A DNA stretch of 64,000 nucleotides, taken from the IMG/VR virus record IMGVR_UViG_3300009168_000009, positions 227 to 64,226 of that record; one strand, 5' to 3'. Numbering within the stretch: the first letter of the stretch is position 1; every line of letters starts with the position of its first letter. This document shows positions 57,213-64,000 of this stretch, one piece after another. The position numbers and the translations under genes were made by a program. The notes beneath the pieces are model-generated. The model did no database searches. It had not been told where the DNA came from and saw nothing but the letters and a program-made list of their open reading frames with translations. This DNA comes from a virus. Taxonomy: Duplodnaviria; Caudoviricetes.

Positions 57213-58237
57213 ACGTCCCCGCCTTGCGTCCTGCCCGGCTGCCGATGCCGCCGGGCATAGACGATCCCGGCAAGTGGCGCGTGCTGGTGGAAGCGATCTT
57301 TCCCGCTGCGCAGAGCGTGGAGTCGGTGTTGCTCGCACTCGACTACTGCCGCGCGCGCGGGCTCGACGTGCTCAAGAAGCCCGTCAATATCGTGCCGATG
57401 TGGAACAACAAGCTGGGCCGCTATGTCGAGACGGTCTGGCCCTCGATCAATGAGATCGAGGTCACGGCGGCACGCACCGGCCAGTGGGCGGGCATGGACG
57501 AACCGAAATGGGGACCGACGATCGAGGAGACATTCAGAGGCCGCAAGAAAGATCGCGGCGGCTGGGTGGATGCCGAAGTCACCCTGAAATATCCGGAGTG
57601 GGTTGCCGTCACCGTGTACCGAATGATCCACGGCAATCGCTGCGCCTTCACCGAGCCGGTCTACTGGCTGGAAGCCTACGGACGGCTGGGCGGCAGCGTG
57701 TTGCCCAATGACATGTGGTCGAAACGTCCGCGCGGCCAGCTGCACAAGGTCGGCAAGGCTGCGTCGCTGCGTGCGGCATTCCCAGAGGAAGGCGACTATG
57801 CCTCCGACGAAATGGAAGGCGCAGTGATTGACGTGCAGGCGACGCCGGAAGCGCCGACGCCAACCGACAACTGGAAACCGCCCGACACGATTCCTGACGA
57901 GCCCGCCGAGGAGCAGATCGATCCGGAGACGGGCGAAGTCACGACGGCAGCGCCATCGCCTCCTCCGACGCCGCGTCTGCTGGCGCGCGGTGATGACGAG
58001 CAGGCCCGCGACTGGTGCTCGCGCTTCCTGACCGAGCTGCGCAAGTCGAAGACGATCGGCGAAGTCGACCAGTGGGAGGCGCTTAATCTGGAGATCAGCG
58101 ACGCGATCAAGATCGACGCGCCCAAGCTGCATGTCCAGTTGAAGGCGGCGATCGGGCGGCATCGTGTGGAGCTGGCAGGGGCGGAGCAGAAGTCGGAGAC
58201 GGGGAAGCCGGCCGACGAGCAGGCACCGCCACCGTGA
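57209..58237 (+). CDS. Bet/RecT-family single-strand annealing protein
   Basis: YC.AR.LD.LKKP..IVP, A.RTG..AG, W..RP..QL.K...A..LR.AFP. Confidence 0.9.
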   Translation: MNVPALRPARLPMPPGIDDPGKWRVLVEAIFPAAQSVESVLLALDYCRARGLDVLKKPVNIVPMWNNKLGRYVETVWPSINEIEVTAARTGQWAGMDEPKWGPTIEETFRGRKKDRGGWVDAEVTLKYPEWVAVTVYRMIHGNRCAFTEPVYWLEAYGRLGGSVLPNDMWSKRPRGQLHKVGKAASLRAAFPEEGDYASDEMEGAVIDVQATPEAPTPTDNWKPPDTIPDEPAEEQIDPETGEVTTAAPSPPPTPRLLARGDDEQARDWCSRFLTELRKSKTIGEVDQWEALNLEISDAIKIDAPKLHVQLKAAIGRHRVELAGAEQKSETGKPADEQAPPP

Positions 58238-58692
58238 AGCGCGCCAACTATATCGTGGGCGATATGCTGTTGTTCCCCGACGACACCGACGCCCGCCTGC
58301 AGCTCGGCACGCTCGATCCCGGCGAGAAAGTCGGGGTCGAGATCACCCGGCCGCGCCGATCGGAGGCGGTCAAGTTCAACGCCCATGTGCATCTGACTCT
58401 GGAACGTGTCGCCGCCGCCATGGCGCACAAGACCAGCGGCGTGTGGACCGTGCGCAATCTGCGCAGCTGGCTATGCATCCGCACCGGCCGCGTTGACGTG
58501 GTGAGCTGGCCGCCGCGTTCTGCCGTGATCCCGCATTCGATCGGGGACATGAACGCGATGGAGCTGGACCTATGGTGGCAGGAGGCGCAGCGCGTGATCA
58601 TCACCGACGTGCTGCCGATGCTGGCGCGCGATGAAGCCGACGATATCCGCAGTCGTTTGAGATCATGGAAGGAGTCCGAAGATGGTGATTAG
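58234..58692 (+). CDS. NinB/DUF1367-like recombination accessory protein
   Basis: V.I..PR....N...H, G.....P.SI..M...E; follows Bet. Confidence 0.55.
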   Translation: MKRANYIVGDMLLFPDDTDARLQLGTLDPGEKVGVEITRPRRSEAVKFNAHVHLTLERVAAAMAHKTSGVWTVRNLRSWLCIRTGRVDVVSWPPRSAVIPHSIGDMNAMELDLWWQEAQRVIITDVLPMLARDEADDIRSRLRSWKESEDGD

Positions 58693-58930
58693 TCGTGGCG
58701 GTGGTGGTTTCAATCCGTGGCAACGCCGGCCGCAGCAAGCGCAACGCGGCGTGTCGCGGATGCCGAGCGCCAATCCACGCGCGATCGCCGCGCTCAAGGC
58801 ATACGAGCAGCAATCCAGGGTGCCGGTGAATTTCGACATGCTCTACCGGCATTTGATGGAGAGCGGCTTCACGCCGAACGATGCACATCTGGCAGCGGAG
58901 AGCTACTGGCGCGGGAGGCCGAAGCGATGA
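58682..58930 (+). CDS. hypothetical protein
   Basis: Coupled ORF. Confidence 0.5.
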   Translation: MVISRGGGGFNPWQRRPQQAQRGVSRMPSANPRAIAALKAYEQQSRVPVNFDMLYRHLMESGFTPNDAHLAAESYWRGRPKR

Positions 58931-59145
58931 CCGAGGAACAGGATCAGTTGCTGCGATTGATGGCGGCGACCGACAACATGGATGACCACAGCATCTGGCA
59001 GTATTCCTGCGTTGCCGTTGCGCTTGCCGGCATGCGTGCGCGCAAGATCGGCCGCGAGGACATCGAGAAAATCTGCGTCCGATATATCGAGACGATGGCC
59101 AAGACCGCCGGCACAACGCCGATGCAATACGAGCTGGACTCATGA
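58927..59145 (+). CDS. hypothetical protein
   Basis: GGGAGG SD, ATGA overlaps. Confidence 0.55.
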   Translation: MTEEQDQLLRLMAATDNMDDHSIWQYSCVAVALAGMRARKIGREDIEKICVRYIETMAKTAGTTPMQYELDS

Positions 59146-59645
59146 CGCGCGCATTGATCCTCAGCGAGGTTGAAGTCGCGGCGATCCGTGAGGCATTCGC
59201 GAAAGCGTGCGCCAAACCGATCTCGACGAAAGAATTTATGGCCTTGGTGGTGCCGCAGCAGAACGTGGATGTGCTCACGCTCGACAATCGCGCGCCAGGG
59301 CAGGAGAACGTCCGACCGCCCAGCCATCAAGTCCTGATCCCGCACGGCTACCGCATGGCGATCAGCGTGGAGGAGCAGCCGGCTGGAATGGTGGGGCATT
59401 TCTCATTCTCGGTCGAAGCCGCCGGCAAGACACCGAATCCAGTCGCCGTGGAAATGCTGCTGGCGGTGCTCGGCTTCGAATTGCGCGATGCAAATGCGCA
59501 ATGGGTCGAGGAGTTTCTGATTGACGACAAGTCCGGAGGCTTGGCGGTCAATCTGTTGTTCGTATTAAACGACTCCCAGAGGGAGCGGCGGCAGCACGAA
59601 CCATCGTTCCCCCGGCCAGTGCTGCCGTCGTCACTCAAACACTGA
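59142..59645 (+). CDS. hypothetical protein
   Basis: IP.GY....S.EEQP.G...H.S.SV.....P.P.AV. Confidence 0.7.
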   Translation: MTRALILSEVEVAAIREAFAKACAKPISTKEFMALVVPQQNVDVLTLDNRAPGQENVRPPSHQVLIPHGYRMAISVEEQPAGMVGHFSFSVEAAGKTPNPVAVEMLLAVLGFELRDANAQWVEEFLIDDKSGGLAVNLLFVLNDSQRERRQHEPSFPRPVLPSSLKH

Positions 59646-59657
59646 AAAGGAAAGCTA

Positions 59658-59918
59658 ATGGCAGAACGTTCTGAGGTTTTGCGTGTCCAGAATGATGCGC
59701 TGCTGAATGAATATCACCAGCTGATCGCCGCGCAGGTCAGACGCATTGACGAGGCGATCGCTGTGCTGGATCGCGAGCGCAACAATCTGATGGTGGAGCG
59801 CGATCATCTGCTTAAACATCTGCCGCAGGCAATCGAGCAGGAGCAGCAGCATCGCATGCCGAAGTCGGAGCCGATGCCGAAGCTGGTACAGAAAGGCCCG
59901 GCGAATAGCCATGGCTAA
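59658..59918 (+). CDS. coiled-coil hypothetical protein
   Basis: AAGGA SD. Confidence 0.6.
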   Translation: MAERSEVLRVQNDALLNEYHQLIAAQVRRIDEAIAVLDRERNNLMVERDHLLKHLPQAIEQEQQHRMPKSEPMPKLVQKGPANSHG

Positions 59919-60225
59919 GATCGGGGTCGGCGACAGCGTGCGGACGCCGGAGGACAACTGCCGCTCCTGCGGCAAGTCTCTCACCGGCGCGTTCGCTGTG
60001 GGCGATATCGATCGCAAGATGCCGAAGGCCGGCGATGTGAGCCTGTGTCGTTACTGCGGGCACATTGCCGTCTTCGGCGATGATCTCAAGTTGCGCGAGC
60101 CGAACGGCGAGGAGATCAGGGAGATCGCCGGCAACCCGCTCATTCTCTTGATGCAGCGGATTCGCGGGCAGCTCGCAAAAGAGGAAGCCCCCGATCGGAG
60201 GGACCAACCAACGACCGAGGGCTAA
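59911..60225 (+). CDS. Zn-ribbon protein
   Basis: CRSCG..P..GD..LC.YCG....F...L.LR. Confidence 0.7.
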   Translation: MAKIGVGDSVRTPEDNCRSCGKSLTGAFAVGDIDRKMPKAGDVSLCRYCGHIAVFGDDLKLREPNGEEIREIAGNPLILLMQRIRGQLAKEEAPDRRDQPTTEG

Positions 60226-60496
60226 CGTGCGGCTGGGATGGACTTGGGACCGCATCCCAGGCGCGGCACGCTGTCCGATTCGGACGCCGGAGGCAACCGG
60301 CACAGGTGGGGATTGAACGCAAGTGAGCAAGATAACGCGAGTGGAGCTGATGGCTGTTGCGCATGAAAGATTGCCACGCATTCCAGAGCGCGCGAGCGCG
60401 AAGGTTGGGACCAGAGCGATAGCAACGTCGCCGGGTTCGGCCAAGTGATGGACGCTGCTCTCGCGGCGTTTGCCGCCACTGAATGCAGGTCAGACG

Positions 60497-60724
60497 ATGC
60501 GTGAATGGCTTGTGATCGATAGCACCTACAAGAACGCGGTGTTCCGGGGTGATGATGCCAAGAAGCCGCGCGGCTATATCCCGCGCGACGTTGCCGAGAG
60601 ACTTCTTGGACGTGATCTTGGCGGAACCGTTTGGTTCACCAAGGACGACAGCAAACGAATGCGCGAGCATCCAGATTGGCGAGATACGGAGCCCGGATGG
60701 ACTCCGCTGGGGTTCTGGTCATGA
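60497..60724 (+). CDS. hypothetical protein
   Basis: Coupled to next ORF. Confidence 0.5.
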   Translation: MREWLVIDSTYKNAVFRGDDAKKPRGYIPRDVAERLLGRDLGGTVWFTKDDSKRMREHPDWRDTEPGWTPLGFWS

Positions 60725-60942
60725 AACCTGCTCAGAAGCCCGATGAACGCGGATGGGCATGGCCGGACCCGCCGACAACACCGCGCGAGGTCATAGCGGG
60801 ACATCTCAGAAGCTGGGGACCGAAGCTGGCATACGACCTTGCAGACACCCTGCTTATCGAATTGGCATGTCGCGGGTTTAGTGTGACCCGCACTGACGAC
60901 GAATCAGCTCAAGAGAATCACGAGCGTGATCGCCCACAATAG
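60721..60942 (+). CDS. hypothetical protein
   Basis: ATGA overlap. Confidence 0.5.
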   Translation: MKPAQKPDERGWAWPDPPTTPREVIAGHLRSWGPKLAYDLADTLLIELACRGFSVTRTDDESAQENHERDRPQ

Positions 60943-61197
60943 CAACGGCGGCAACGCGCCGATCGTGATGCCGCGCCACAGCAAACAACACGGGCAATCG
61001 GTCGCGAGATACTGCGTCAGCCGGCTCGTAAAATGCTCGGGCGTCTGACACCATGTCGGCAGCAATTTGTGCGAGGCCCAGGCGAAAGCATTGGACAGCC
61101 AATTATCCGCCCACTCGGTCGGGCCGCCGGGACGGCGATCGTGCTCCGCTTCGACCACGGCTCGAATGCGGGGATCGTGCTCGGGACGGAAGCGCAT
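60904..61197 (-). CDS. small membrane protein with CPCC motif
   Basis: DCPCC then hydrophobic C-terminus. Confidence 0.55.
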   Translation of the reverse strand: MRFRPEHDPRIRAVVEAEHDRRPGGPTEWADNWLSNAFAWASHKLLPTWCQTPEHFTSRLTQYLATDCPCCLLWRGITIGALPPLLLWAITLVILLS

Positions 61198-61399
61198 GAC
61201 GAATCCCGCACCGACTTTTCATTTCCGCGAGGGCTTTTGGACCGGCGTTGCGTGGGGTGCACCGGATAGTCCGGTGCACCCGCTTTGTTCGAAGTGTCAG
61301 GGCGCGCTGCCCGATGTGCCGCTGATGCTGTGGATCGAGAACGGCGCCATGATCCAGCTATGCGATGACTGCATCGAACGCTGGCTGATCGCGAGTTAA
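61196..61399 (+). CDS. small Zn-finger protein
   Basis: CSKC..VPLMLW..LCDDC. Confidence 0.55.
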   Translation: MTNPAPTFHFREGFWTGVAWGAPDSPVHPLCSKCQGALPDVPLMLWIENGAMIQLCDDCIERWLIAS

Positions 61400-62037
61400 C
61401 GGCGACCCTTCGGCTGTGCCTCACCTTCCGGCAAGCCCTGATCCGGGCTGCTGCCCACGTCGATTGGATTGCGGCGGCCTGAAACCGGAATGTACATCCA
61501 GCCGTAGTTCGGCACCCACGCGAGCACCCATCCGGGACCGCCCTCGGGCCGTGGCAAGGTGTTGTCGACCCCCGGCTGGCTCCCCGGCAGGCTGTTGTCC
61601 GGCCGAGCGCCGCTTCCTCCACCACCCGGCAGGGTGTTGTCTGGCCGCCCAGGACGGCCGCCCGGCAGCGTGTTGTCGATCCCCGGCTGACTGCCCGGCA
61701 GTCCGATATCCGGATGCACTGGCGCCCACGGCAGGCCGTTGTCGGGATACACTGGAGCCGGCGGCAGGCCGATGTCTGGCCGGCCAGGGGCGATCGGGAG
61801 GCTGTTGTCGGGACGGCCACCGCCTGGACGGCCATAGCCTGGATCGACCGGCGGGCGGTTGCCGAAGCCGGGATCGACCGGGGACCAGCCTGGGCGGCCG
61901 TAGCCTGGATCGATCGGTGGGCGCACGCCCCAGCCAGGATCAACGGCACCGCCACCGAGGCCCGGCGGCAGCGAATTGTCGGGGCGGCCGTCACCGCCGC
62001 CCAGCGGTACGATCATAGCGAAAGTCGGTTGCGTCAT
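61396..62037 (-). CDS. Pro/Gly-rich repeat protein
   Basis: GGAGG SD; repeated PDN(S/T)LP and (V/I)DPG(W/Y/F)G; C-terminal W.L.W.P..GW.Y. Confidence 0.8.
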   Translation of the reverse strand: MTQPTFAMIVPLGGGDGRPDNSLPPGLGGGAVDPGWGVRPPIDPGYGRPGWSPVDPGFGNRPPVDPGYGRPGGGRPDNSLPIAPGRPDIGLPPAPVYPDNGLPWAPVHPDIGLPGSQPGIDNTLPGGRPGRPDNTLPGGGGSGARPDNSLPGSQPGVDNTLPRPEGGPGWVLAWVPNYGWMYIPVSGRRNPIDVGSSPDQGLPEGEAQPKGRR

Positions 62038-62060
62038 CGGCTATCCTCCGGTTGCAGCTC

Positions 62061-62363
62061 TCAGTTGATACGCCGCCCCAGCGTCTCGGGGATCATGATG
62101 CTCGGCGTTGGCGCCAGCTCGGCGCCGATCGGTGCCCGTTGGTGATAGCTGATCACGCGGATCGTCGCGAGCCCGAACAGCAGCGCCACGACCATGTAGA
62201 GCGCAATCAACGCGACCACGAGCAAGTAGAGTCGCTGGACGTTCCAGTCGATCGGCCACTGCATCCACTTTGCAAACATGACGATGACAGCACCGACCAG
62301 CACGAGGATTGCCACCACGATCGCAACATTGATCAGGCCGAGAACTATGCCGCTGAGTGTCAT
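62061..62363 (-). CDS. two-TM membrane protein, holin candidate
   Basis: AAGGAG SD; two hydrophobic helices; in lysis cluster. Confidence 0.6.
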   Translation of the reverse strand: MTLSGIVLGLINVAIVVAILVLVGAVIVMFAKWMQWPIDWNVQRLYLLVVALIALYMVVALLFGLATIRVISYHQRAPIGAELAPTPSIMIPETLGRRIN

Positions 62364-62438
62364 GGCTTTTCTCCTTCTAGGAACTATAGAGTTCAGCGCC
62401 GAGTTATTCTCGGCAACTGAACCAGCGAGGAAACGACC

Positions 62439-62645
62439 ATGGCGAACGAACGACCGGAAGACGACAAGCAGAACCAGCAGCAACGCCGCGATCAGAAGCC
62501 GGGCCAGCAGAAGGATCAGGACGAGCAGCCGGTGTCGCAGCCGCACTATCCGAATCCCGGTGCCGGCGGGCATCAACCCGGCCAGCAGAACCCGCAGCAA
62601 CGTGAGCCCGGCAAGAATCAAACCGAGCGGCAGCCGGGCCGCTAA
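62439..62645 (+). CDS. Gln/Pro-rich disordered peptide, antisense within lysis cluster
   Basis: GAGG SD; QKPGQQ, HQPGQQ, REPG, RQPG repeats. Confidence 0.5.
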   Translation: MANERPEDDKQNQQQRRDQKPGQQKDQDEQPVSQPHYPNPGAGGHQPGQQNPQQREPGKNQTERQPGR

Positions 62646-62983
62646 TTCGGTCGCGACGATGGGAGCGGCACGTCGCAAGCCGGCGGCTCCCATTTCATCG
62701 CCAGATTGCGTGCGCGGATGTAGGCACTGATCGCCTGCTGATTACCAGTCTGCGCCCGCCTTGGCTGCTCGTGCGGGTCTTGCACCCAGATCACGAACAA
62801 TTTGGCGACGTGCTCCACGAACGCCTCATCATAAGCCCGCAATGACAACGCACGAATACGATCGCGCGTCTCAGGATCAGCACACACCGCCGCAGCTTCC
62901 GAGCTCGACTGCCGCGCGATCACCACGATGATCGCCAGGATCAGCAACGTGCCGACAGCTCCTATGAGAATGCCGAGCCTCAT
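62642..62983 (-). CDS. single-TM protein after endolysin (lysis accessory candidate)
   Basis: ATGA overlap with lysin stop; N-terminal TM; two Cys. Confidence 0.55.
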   Translation of the reverse strand: MRLGILIGAVGTLLILAIIVVIARQSSSEAAAVCADPETRDRIRALSLRAYDEAFVEHVAKLFVIWVQDPHEQPRRAQTGNQQAISAYIRARNLAMKWEPPACDVPLPSSRPN

Positions 62984-64000
62984 GATGTCGGAGTCGGCAC
63001 CATCGCCACGATCATTTCGACGGTCTGCAGCAGCACCATCGCATCCGTAGACAGCGTGACCGCCTTTTCGTTGATCGGTCCCCAGTGCTTGCGGCGTGCG
63101 CGCAAGCCGATCGCCGTGGTCATCACCGCAAAGGCGGGCGAGTATTTTGCCAGCCATTGATAGGCGGCGCCGTTGCCGCTGCCATAAACGTCCAGATTGT
63201 CGGCCGTCGGATTGATGCCGAGAGCAAACGTCGGCAGGAAGCCGTTGGGATCATCCCAGTACATTTCGAACAGCCGAGCCATTTCATCGCTGGCCGTCTC
63301 CATGTTCCAGCTGGTTTGGAATAGGCCGGCTTCGCACGTGTCCGACTCGATATTGCTGGCCGACATGTCGCGGCCTTCACAATATTTGCCAGACGACTCC
63401 CGCATGCCCAGGCCGATCATCAGCACGAACAATGCGCGCAACGCCTCCACGCCGGGCGCGTCCACTCTGAGGCCGAGATCGCGCAGCTCCGACCCGTACC
63501 AACTCAGCGCATCATAGTCTTCGCCGTTGGGCGCGGCCTCCTGCGCCATTTCCTCGGCCCAGGACTCGCCTTGAGCGAGCCACATCAGGACCAGCGCGTA
63601 GCAAAGCGCCATGCCGGGGATGTAGCCGGCGGGTGCGCGACCGCGATCGGGCCACGAATAGAACATGAGCGGCGATGCTTTCGCCAACAGCGTCACAACG
63701 GCGGCGACGCTCTCGGGTAGATCGGTGCCGCCCTTGGCCATGCGCACCACAAGCCGGTCGATCTCCTCCCACGTCTGCGGACCCACCACGCCGTCGGCCG
63801 ACAGTCCATTGGCGCGCTGGAATGACTCGACTTGAGTCGCCGTCACGGTGCCGAAGGCACCGTCTGCAGGGACCGCCAGGACGGCCTGGACCACGGCCAC
63901 GTCCGGCCCGTCATCGCCCTTGCCGAGCACACGGCGATCCTCCGGCGGGGGAGGACGATCCACCAGCTCCGGCGGCTCTGGCGGCTGGATCGGTTCGATC
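62980..64000 (-). CDS. endolysin C-terminal part: Pro linker, PG-binding domain, lysozyme/SLT-like domain (open at window end)
   Basis: Frame is open to 64000 (IEPIQPPEPPELVDRPP); L..GD.G.DV..Q..DG.FG..T..FQ..GL.ADGVVG..TW; MRESSG..GLFQ. Confidence 0.85.
   Translation of the reverse strand, partial: IEPIQPPEPPELVDRPPPPEDRRVLGKGDDGPDVAVVQAVLAVPADGAFGTVTATQVESFQRANGLSADGVVGPQTWEEIDRLVVRMAKGGTDLPESVAAVVTLLAKASPLMFYSWPDRGRAPAGYIPGMALCYALVLMWLAQGESWAEEMAQEAAPNGEDYDALSWYGSELRDLGLRVDAPGVEALRALFVLMIGLGMRESSGKYCEGRDMSASNIESDTCEAGLFQTSWNMETASDEMARLFEMYWDDPNGFLPTFALGINPTADNLDVYGSGNGAAYQWLAKYSPAFAVMTTAIGLRARRKHWGPINEKAVTLSTDAMVLLQTVEMIVAMVPTPTS

Overview
The window is a near-complete, apparently circularly permuted genome of a high-GC tailed phage. 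The host is probably an alphaproteobacterium, inferred from gene style and not shown directly. Layout: (1) 0.5-31 kb, minus strand: virion genes, with terminase, HK97-type portal/protease/capsid, a Mu gpF-like protein and a Mu-like contractile tail and baseplate with fibres. Many of these proteins are unusually cysteine-rich, the tail chaperone has a lambda-type GGGAAAG frameshift, and the portal has one in-frame TAA. (2) 32.3-42.7 kb, plus strand: an accessory/early region driven by a near-consensus sigma70 promoter. Its MoxR-AAA/VWA module and small ORFs are separated by seven copies of a covarying multi-hairpin leader motif. (3) 42.7-53.7 kb, minus strand: SDR, ABC-ATPase-GNAT, ParB-like protein, an iteron-rich probable origin, a D5/P4-type helicase, a split Toprim primase, VRR-NUC and Cro. 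(4) 53.9-61 kb, plus strand: CI-like repressor, YqaJ exonuclease, RecT/Bet and small ORFs. (5) A lysis module whose endolysin seems to span the two window ends. No integrase, tRNA, CRISPR array or reverse transcriptase was seen. The most striking unexplained feature is the 7-copy structured intergenic element at 32.6-38.1 kb. It has two mutually exclusive helices linking the upstream stop codon to the downstream Shine-Dalgarno, and the array is bracketed by an 18-bp operator repeat. All family assignments come from motifs recognised by eye; no database search was run.
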